This document shows, piece after piece, positions 55,765 through 64,000 of a stretch of DNA of 64,000 nucleotides. The stretch is taken from assembly GCA_030141605.1 (NCBI GenBank), contig JAQGDQ010000074.1:124001-188000 (forward strand), in the 5' to 3' direction. Both the position numbers and the translations under genes were made by a program. The notes under the pieces are model-generated. The model ran no database searches and was not told the DNA's origin. It worked only from the letters and a program-made list of their open reading frames with translations. Each line of letters begins with the position of its first letter. Positions within the stretch are counted from its first letter, which is position 1. The DNA is from Tubiluchus corallicola (taxonomy: Eukaryota > Animalia > Priapulida).

Positions 55765-57470
55765 ATTTCAAGGATTCATTGAAGATGCCAGATTTATGTT
55801 ATATGTTCTATGTTAGGTTATGATGAAACGCGCTTGAGATTATATTTTTGTATTATTTATGTTGCTATTAAATGTTGATTTGAGACTAGACTTACAATAA
55901 TAATACATTTCTATTGAAAACCATACAGTTAAATACACACTAGCTTATTTTGATTCCATAATAGTTCTAGCAGATAGCAAAATCATCGTTGCAAACGGAA
56001 TTAGTAATAGCATATTAAAGCAAAACCGGACCCAATGTTAAACTGTAAACAACATATTATTTAAAATATTGAAAGGAAACAGTTTTTAAGAATTAATGAG
56101 TTACGTGAAAGAATTATCACAACACAAACGCAATTTCGCGCCACTAGTTCTTCGCATTTACATGTAATTCGCCATTCGCTAGTTACACGCTAGCGCCTGC
56201 ATTTCGGAAAGCGTTGCACAAAAACAGGTGGTGTACCTCTCAGTTCAGATGTGATAGCTTGTGACGAATTGCACACGTTCAACAGCTCATGCACGAGTAC
56301 AGCGGTAAATTTGGAATTTTAAGTTTTATCTTAAAACTTGCCGAGTTTTGGTACAACACACCGAATCTCTTACAGTAGCACTGTTCTTCAAATTTCACTT
56401 TCGCAAACACGCGCAAAACGCTCATGGAATATTTTTGCTGTTGAAAATTATGTTAGTTTGTGATGTTATCAATAGTTCTGCTCGCCCGGCGTTAATTAAG
56501 TTTTTAATCTTTAATTTAATTATCAGAAACGCTTTTGCAGTATTAATTGTGTTAAAATTTATACTTTTTACCGTACTTGAAAATGGGGTAGTATATCAAA
56601 AAACATCATGTCTTCCTTTAAGCATTAACGTGTTGATATCTATCGACATCTATTACAAGCAGGTATACCTTTAAAATACGTTTCGCATTCTACTCCGAGC
56701 TAGCGGTTTTGGATTGCGGTTTCGGTATAAGATATGAAATTAGGAAAATATTTTTACTTCTTGACTAATAGGCATAGACATCCGAGGTTCAGTTAAAGGA
56801 AAACCGGATGATTGTGTAAACATTACTTCAGAATATAGAATGCTCTAAAATATTGGACACTACAATAGCATTTTTAAAATCAAGCTTAGATTAAACAATA
56901 ATTAGAATTAATTACCTCAGATACTCAAATTTCGTTAAACCTTCAATGCTCATTGAATCTACTAAGATTGGCAACGGCTCCTTTTGTCACATTCGTGTGG
57001 CCGACAAATAAAAGGCGGTACCGTGATAACCATGATCGTAATTTGCAGTGTTAGTTTCTGACGTCATATGACGTAGAGCCCATTTTTGTGACATCACGCC
57101 TTTAAGAAGTAACACTTACGCAAACGTGCTTGACGCGCAAGAGAAGATGCCTACCATTGCACAAACTGTGGTTAGTTTCTGACGTAAGCAATGTCTACAA
57201 TAGACGTGACGGGCGTATGATGATATGATGATGATGACGTAAGCAATAGCTGTGTTCGGTTGCCGTTAATTAACTTTCTAAGCTAATTATTCAAATATAA
57301 GAAACAATTATTAACTTTTATAGGCAAGAAAATGTATATTTTGGACAGTAAATTAAAATTAGATTGAGTCTAAATAATCGTTCAGTTTTTCTTTAAATCA
57401 AACTAAATTTGAGCAAAAAAGTCATGGAAATTAAGGCGTTATCACAATTTTGTCAAACATAAGTGCTTGG

Positions 57471-57589
57471 TCACACGGACTGCCTAGGGACAAAGTATAG
57501 ATGTAACACTAATAAAGAAATTAGATGAATAACGAAAGAGCCAGTAGACGCGATACTGACAGGCAAACTTGATGATGACAAACATCTGC
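57471..57589 (-). CDS. Gene B terminal exon: (G)RCLSSSSLPVSIASTGSFVIHLISLLVLHLYFVPRQSV*
   Basis: Acceptor tttacttgcag; in frame to TGA at 57473-57471; Ser-rich segment then a hydrophobic tail, like the gene A C-terminus. Confidence 0.88.
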
Positions 57590-58029
57590 CTGCAAGTAAA
57601 ATACAAATAATTAAGTACATACGTTTACTTTTTATAAGCACTAAGAGCACACAAAACGAATATCCATATGGGAGAACGTGTTTTTTCTGACTTGCCTGTA
57701 ATCCTAGGTTTGATTTTCGGCAAATTTAATAATAACTTTAAAAACGTGTTTTTACAAACTACATTGTAAAAATTCGGCTAAACGTTTCTACATCCATTCA
57801 TCCATATTTTGGCAAGTGTCCCTTCCATTTGGCAATCGATCACCCAATCAAGTTACCCAGGCAAAGACTACTACGACTGGGTTGCGTTTAACAAATTTTG
57901 AACTATTTAAAATATATACATACATCACCTATAAAAGGTAATCAGTAGTTTTTAGTGAAGTATCATGTTAGAGTAGAACAGCATTCATTCCTACATTAGA
58001 AAGAAATTAAACCTAATATGTAAACTTAC

Positions 58030-58141
58030 CTAACGAGGTTAGATTATAAGCTTTGAAACTATTATACTGAGCAAGCGTGGTTCGGCTACATGATGATAAA
58101 TAATTGGCTATTTTCACTAACTGTCCATCTTTTTTTAATAT
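58030..58141 (-). CDS. Gene B exon: ILKKDGQLVKIANYLSSCSRTTLAQYNSFKAYNLTSL
   Basis: Acceptor atttttcag, donor gtaagt; 112 nt; homologous to 44636-44747. Confidence 0.93.
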
Positions 58142-58248
58142 CTGAAAAATATTTATTGGCTTAACAGTTCGACGTAGCAAAGTGTTTTAAAGTGTTTTAA
58201 AAATCACCATTTAAACCAGACAAGCAGTTTAGTCAAGTTACATGTGCA

Positions 58249-58253
<5 letters not shown>

Positions 58254-58322
<69 letters not shown>
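58254..58322 (+). repeat. (GA)n microsatellite in a gene B intron (another at 60337-60370)
   Basis: Visible directly. Confidence 0.95.
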
Positions 58323-58323
<1 letters not shown>

Positions 58324-58485
58324 AAGACAGGGAAAAAAGAGAGAGAAAAAGACAGAGAAGAGAAGGACATTTAGGTAAGACGTTAGAGAAAGAATGAGTT
58401 GTGAGAAGAGAGAACTCTGCCTGCTAAAAACAGATGATGCACCCCGAACAAAAAAAAACACAAATAAAACTTAAAATAAACTTAC

Positions 58486-58571
58486 AAAACAGGTAGTTAC
58501 ATCATCTTTGTCACTTGCTATAATATAGGACACTCCGTCTTCCTCCCAGTGACCGTGGCATTTGTACCTTT
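58486..58571 (-). CDS. Gene B exon: (E)RYKCHGHWEEDGVSYIIASDKDDVTTCF
   Basis: Acceptor ttttttcag, donor gtaagt; 86 nt; homologous to 44331-44416. Confidence 0.94.
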
Positions 58572-58886
58572 CTGAAAAAATAATTAATTTGTTAGTTTAA
58601 TGAAATGAATCTCCCAAACAGGAAGGGTATCTGCATGCAGTGTCATAAGAGCTTATTTACAACTTAGACTAAAATAAAAATGTTTGGCAGAGACAGGAAG
58701 GTAAGAAGGCAAGAACGACACATCAGCAGTTTCAAGTCATCAAATGATGCTAGCAAATTACATAAAAGTGTTGATTTGGCTTACATATTCCCCCAGCCAC
58801 TTGTCGCTTTTAGTCTACCTGTCTCCATTTGTTCAATTGTTGTGTCTATCAAATCTTTTCTAAAAAGTTTGTAGAAATACGAATAC

Positions 58887-59075
58887 CTTGAACTATTTTA
58901 GAATTTTCATCGCCAAGTATTCCCTGCTCACAAGTTTGTTCAACCATCAATGTATGTAAACTATGGCAGCCAGAACTCAACCTTGTTTTTGGATTTTGGC
59001 AAGATAATTGACTCCTTGTAGTATGAGCTTCATATCTTCCATTGCCCGGACAGGGATGAATTCTCAAGCTAGTAT
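58887..59075 (-). CDS. Gene B exon: (D)TSLRIHPCPGNGRYEAHTTRSQLSCQNPKTRLSSGCHSLHTLMVEQTCEQGILGDENSKIVQ
   Basis: Acceptor tttactttctaag (AAG), donor gtattc; 189 nt, phase 1 to 1; homologous to 44011-44199. Confidence 0.9.
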
Positions 59076-60129
59076 CTTAGAAAGTAAATAGTAATCAGCG
59101 AGTCATATAATTACGAGTTGAACTCATAGAGATGCATTTGCCACCTTATTAAATACTTTACTGATGTTTACTAATAATAAAAAATTCAGGCAAACGATAT
59201 TTAACAAAACAAAAATTAATGTAGGAAAATGGCCCTCTCGAGGCTAACTAACAAGGTCACATAGATGATAAACTAGGGTGACTGAAGCAACATGGCGCAA
59301 AATTTAGAATAGAAAAGTGAGTTGTAACAATATTTACAATAATTATTAATAACTACCAACTCGCTAACGATTAAACCTGTTACTGTTTCATGAAAAAAAT
59401 TGAGCTGCTCGTCAATAATCGATAATGCGTGTACATCCCACCTTGTGGCTGCTTTATGTACAAAAGACGTTGTAATAGACATTGCAAAAATAACGACCTA
59501 AGACTTATACACGTTTACTTACTTGGCATAGCTTATTGGCATAAATTAGTATATCTTACTTAGAGCAGGTATATTACCTTTATCAACAGACTAGAAATGA
59601 ATAAATCTATTTTAAACATTTATAACATGTAATTGTTGTTTTAATATATTAATTTATAATTAATTTATATATATGTATGTTGTCGTGTTTACTTTCCTGT
59701 TCTTGTTATTGTTTTATTGTATGCCACTAAATCTTAAATCATAAAATCTTATATCTCAAAATGTTACCATTGTTATTACAACCGTTTCAAAGGATAAAAC
59801 AAGTAAAACGACACTGTGCATTTAGACTCAAGCTAGAAAGTAATAGTCCTATTGGAGTAAACTGCAATGACCCTATATATTAAAAAGATAGAGTTGAGTT
59901 TCCTTACAACTAAACAACTGAACTAAACAACCAGTTTGTTTAAACTGTAATTATTGTATTGTCAACATGTTATTATAACATCTAAAATCTATCGAATATT
60001 AGACCAACCAAAAAATGTGAAGCGAGACTATACCAAAGATTGCTAATTTAAATAAATATTTTGATTTTCTCTAATTTGCTTTTTTTCAAGTAGCAAACAC
60101 ATATAAACTAATAAATGCAACACCACTAC

Positions 60130-60278
60130 CTGGAACTAAAGTTTCGTAATCTTGTGGTTCTGGAAAGTTTTCTTCAGCACAAGCTTTGCTGACGTCATCA
60201 ACTCCCAAAGAACCAGATTGAAGTTCCACTATCTGATGACCTCTTTTGAAGATTCTGTAACACTGGTACGCATTCCGA
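60130..60278 (-). CDS. Gene B (paralog) exon: RNAYQCYRIFKRGHQIVELQSGSLGVDDVSKACAEENFPEPQDYETLVP
   Basis: Minus-strand acceptor ttctttttcag, donor gtagtg; 149 nt, phase 2 to 1; clear homology to 43285-43430. Upstream exons were not found in the window. Confidence 0.92.
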
Positions 60279-60332
60279 CTGAAAAAGAAGCAAAATCGTA
60301 TTAAAAAGAAAAGAGGCGCGAGAGACAGTGAG

Positions 60333-60373
<41 letters not shown>

Positions 60374-63337
60374 GGAAAGAAAGAGAAAGAGAGCGACAGA
60401 CATAGACGGACGACAGCGACTTCCAAAATGTATATGGTTTACGATCATTAAACATTTAACATTAATTATTTTACTCAACACTTATAAGACATGTTCTTTG
60501 ATACTGAAATTAATATTGGCGAATACATACTTATAATACACTTCTAGTGACTAGAAGTGCCCATATGTGGCGCCTAATAATTACTAAATTAGCTAAAATC
60601 TTAGCTGATTAAATTAAACTTAAATTTTAAAACCGAAGAAGATTAAATATGAAACATAACTTAACGTCTTAATATAAAAGTTGCCAGCGTGATGTGCTTT
60701 TTAATTACAAAAATTATTGTGATGAAATATCCATGTAAGAAATGTGGAGAATGGGAATAAGAAAATTTGCGACAAAACCTGCGTTTGAAACTACATGTAT
60801 AGGATATTAGGATACAATTTAGTTTAGTGTCATATTAGCCACTCAACTCTGGCTACTGTTGTTGTCAAATAACCTTAACATTGCACCGGCAACTTCAATG
60901 CTGATTAACTGTTTGACATCCGTGATGGATTAAGTTGGATTTGTTGGCTTCAGTCGCATTGTCATTAAAAAGAGCTGAACTTTCCACCAACTAATTTAAT
61001 GAAATAGCGTTGAAGTCAATACAAAGAAAATTCTGTACAAACTTGCAACTTTCAGAAAACTTGTGCCTAATCACGCCAGAGGGCCTTTTAGTGCTTTTCG
61101 ATTTATATGCAGATCGTATTATACGGACAGTAATCCTTGAGGTCACCTGGGACCATAACCAGGGTATTTCAATTTCGCCGGAAAATTGGTGCAAATTACT
61201 GCGCGGACCAGCGCAACAAGAGGCGAGACTATATAAATCTTTCAACGCATTTCAAGTGAGAAATAGTACTTCAACCACAATGTAACCATTAATTTAGAAG
61301 GAAAATTGAGTATTGATCCGTTATTTAATACAGCCGGTCCTTCCGATTCAGAAGTAAAGACTAAAGGATTTTATAAAATCATTTCTAGCAGTAAATGTCA
61401 CGTTACAAATTAACCCACATATACACTATCAAATTAACAGAATAACATATAGAGGCAGTTTTTTCGTACTAATTTGATTGAAATGGGTTTCTGGACACAT
61501 CCCCGGTGCTAAAGGGAAAGCTGAATTATCGTGGCGAGCGGTTAGCGACAGAATTTAAGCAATGTTGACCTGGTATACTAAATGGATGGCTGGTCACCAG
61601 GAAAAATCTGCCATTGTTTCGCATGGCGCAATTACATTTGCCTATTTACCTCGTACACAGGAAGCTTGCGTACACTTCTGAGGGCCTCTACCAATTAATT
61701 GTTTAATCTTAGAGAATTATCCCAGATAATTAGCTAGATTCCGGTACGTCCACAATACTAACGTAACAAGTAGGTCTTGGTTTGAAGTGTTGGATGCTGA
61801 CTTGTAGCTGTACAATTGCACAAAAAGGTATTCAGTGAGGATTTAATCACTTAAATACTTGACGCGTTTCCTTCAGTTCGCATGACAGGATTATTATTTT
61901 GCGTTACTATTGTGACGACAAAAAATGGTTATTACAAACATCAGGCAAAGAAGAGAGTGAGTACTAATAGACACTGACATTGGGTCATGGCAGAAGAATT
62001 GAATTTTCTGCTGCGTATGTACGTGTTACCATTTTATACTTTTATCGAAACATAATTTTTCGTGCTGGTACGTACTCATTTGCGAGGCGTTTTGAATGTG
62101 AAACCTGCAGCATTGAATAAAAGTGGCCACGTGGCAGCTGACGGCGAAAATGCCACAACCCAAATCTTTCTCTTTAACTCTGAATGAAAGTAGTTTCTAA
62201 GTATCCTTCTGAAACTAGTTCAAATATAGGAATTTTTAGTAAACGATGAATATGAGAACATTCTGTTCTGCTATGAAAACTATTGAAAATCAAAGTGAAA
62301 CAAAACTGGGGACGCTTTGAGGTTAAAAACGCAATGCTAAAAACTGAATATCTTATAGATGAAAAAACGCATATATTGTGTTTCTTAGCGTCCCAATCTT
62401 TCTGCCTGCAACATCCCTAGCATCAATACCACATAAGCGCCACATTTTGACAGTCCCGTGAAACCGAGCGGCAATTTTACTATTAATCTAGCGATATTAA
62501 AATGCATTTTTACAGCATAAAGCATTACGTCGAATAAAATTATAGCAGATTCAGACTCAGAGCCATGTCACAACAGGAAACCACAGAAATTACATAGACT
62601 TGAGCCTGATGTTATGACTGCAGTCACCTCACAATTTCTGGTGACACTAGATTTACAGATTTACACTAGGTATATAAGTAGTCCAAACTGAAATCGTTGT
62701 TGGCCAAGAAAATGAATTTATGCTATAAAATACATAAATGATTTTTTGTTAGTATTCTTAGCAACCATTCCTGCCTAATTATTGGCGCTATTTTTCATCA
62801 ATTTTGGATGTTATCTTTTGCACTTACTTGCCTTGCACCTTCTTTGGCATAAAAACGTGGATGTAGTGCTTAATTGGGCATGTCTGGCTATTTGCTTACA
62901 AAGACAATAGTGCTTTTGTAAAAATGCATGACGCCATCTTTAAATTCAAGATGGATACCACACTTTTATATATTCAGATTGGCATTATGTTGTAACGAAT
63001 CCAGTGTCTCGGGATGTATAAAGCGGCATACAAGCTATGAAATATCACAGCAGACGAGAAAAGTTAAAGGATCCAGAATACGAGTATAAAATAAACTTTA
63101 CTGCATAAACAGTAGCCCCAAATCTTGAAAAAGAAGGACACGTGAACAGACTTTTGTATAAGAATTAGCAAGCATGCATCATTCACCCTTATAGCAGAAA
63201 TGTCAGGTAGGAATCGTCAAATTATGGCATGCATTCTGCTATACGGTTACAGTTGTATTACGGACATTAAGGGGTTGGTCAAAATCTGTCTTCGTAACAC
63301 TATCATAAATTGAAGTATATATACTATATGTACGTAC

Positions 63338-63380
<43 letters not shown>

Positions 63381-64000
63381 TGTATATGGATTTTAGCAGA
63401 ATAATATGTACATATATATAAAAAATGCACAGTATTTTGAAGTTAATCTGCCTCTTAAAAAGATTAAGCTTAGACAAAACTAGTAGCTTATATAAAGCGC
63501 GAATCACTACAGTTATCGATTGTTAACTATGTTAAAAAGAAAGAAGAGTTTATTACAATGCGCGAGTTTTTTTAACTACACCACAGAAGCTGTTAAGTGA
63601 CTGCTGCAGCTGAAATCTCCGTTTGCTTTGGCGGAGATATGAATTCTTGTAATTTTGTAACAACTGGTAATACTGAATGATCTTGAAAATCAAACTGAGA
63701 GTTTACAATGCAGCCTATGCGCAAAAATATTAGCTCGCAGTCAAGAACAATGGATGTGAATTCGCAGAGTATTCTGAATTTGCAGCACTCGAGGTGTACT
63801 TCAGCTTCTTAGACCAGTAATCGATTATGTGCGCTGATTAATATAGATGCATTTTATTTGAGCCATTAATATCAGTTTGTCTGTATTCATTCACGCAACA
63901 CGAGTGTAACGTGCTTAGTATCCAGTATTGATTGCACCCAGAGGCTTCCTCGCTCAAGATTAAATTCACTGCCAAGATAAAGAGGCTGTAGTTTGCTGGC

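Noticed and set aside
60991-61285. Overlapping ORFs with faint CR1 C-terminal resemblance (LKSIQRKF)
   Set aside because: Too degenerate to support, and not homologous to the missing gene B exons.

Overview
AT-rich eukaryotic (invertebrate-like) genomic DNA, mostly intronic. Most ORFs in the six-frame track are spurious. Gene A (+ strand) has 12 phase-compatible GT-AG coding exons from 7369 to 45070 (about 515 aa; the first, signal-peptide exon was not located). It encodes a cysteine-rich, internally duplicated, probably GPI-anchored surface protein that I recognise from memory as the uncharacterised DUF7044/DUF7042/DUF7043 (PTHR22255-like) family. Gene B (- strand, last 5 exons at 57471-60278, rest beyond the window) is a convergent paralog with the same exon structure. 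Intron 20505-25878 of gene A holds four co-oriented non-LTR retrotransposon 3' ends from at least three families, each abutting (GA)n/(TC)n microsatellite; one has an uninterrupted RT + CCHC ORF. The window also has decayed CR1-like fragments, a tRNA-type SINE, MITE/foldback remnants, two hairpins, CTCF- and CRE-like motifs, Pumilio elements in both putative 3' UTRs, and many microsatellites. No rRNA, tRNA gene or CRISPR array was seen.
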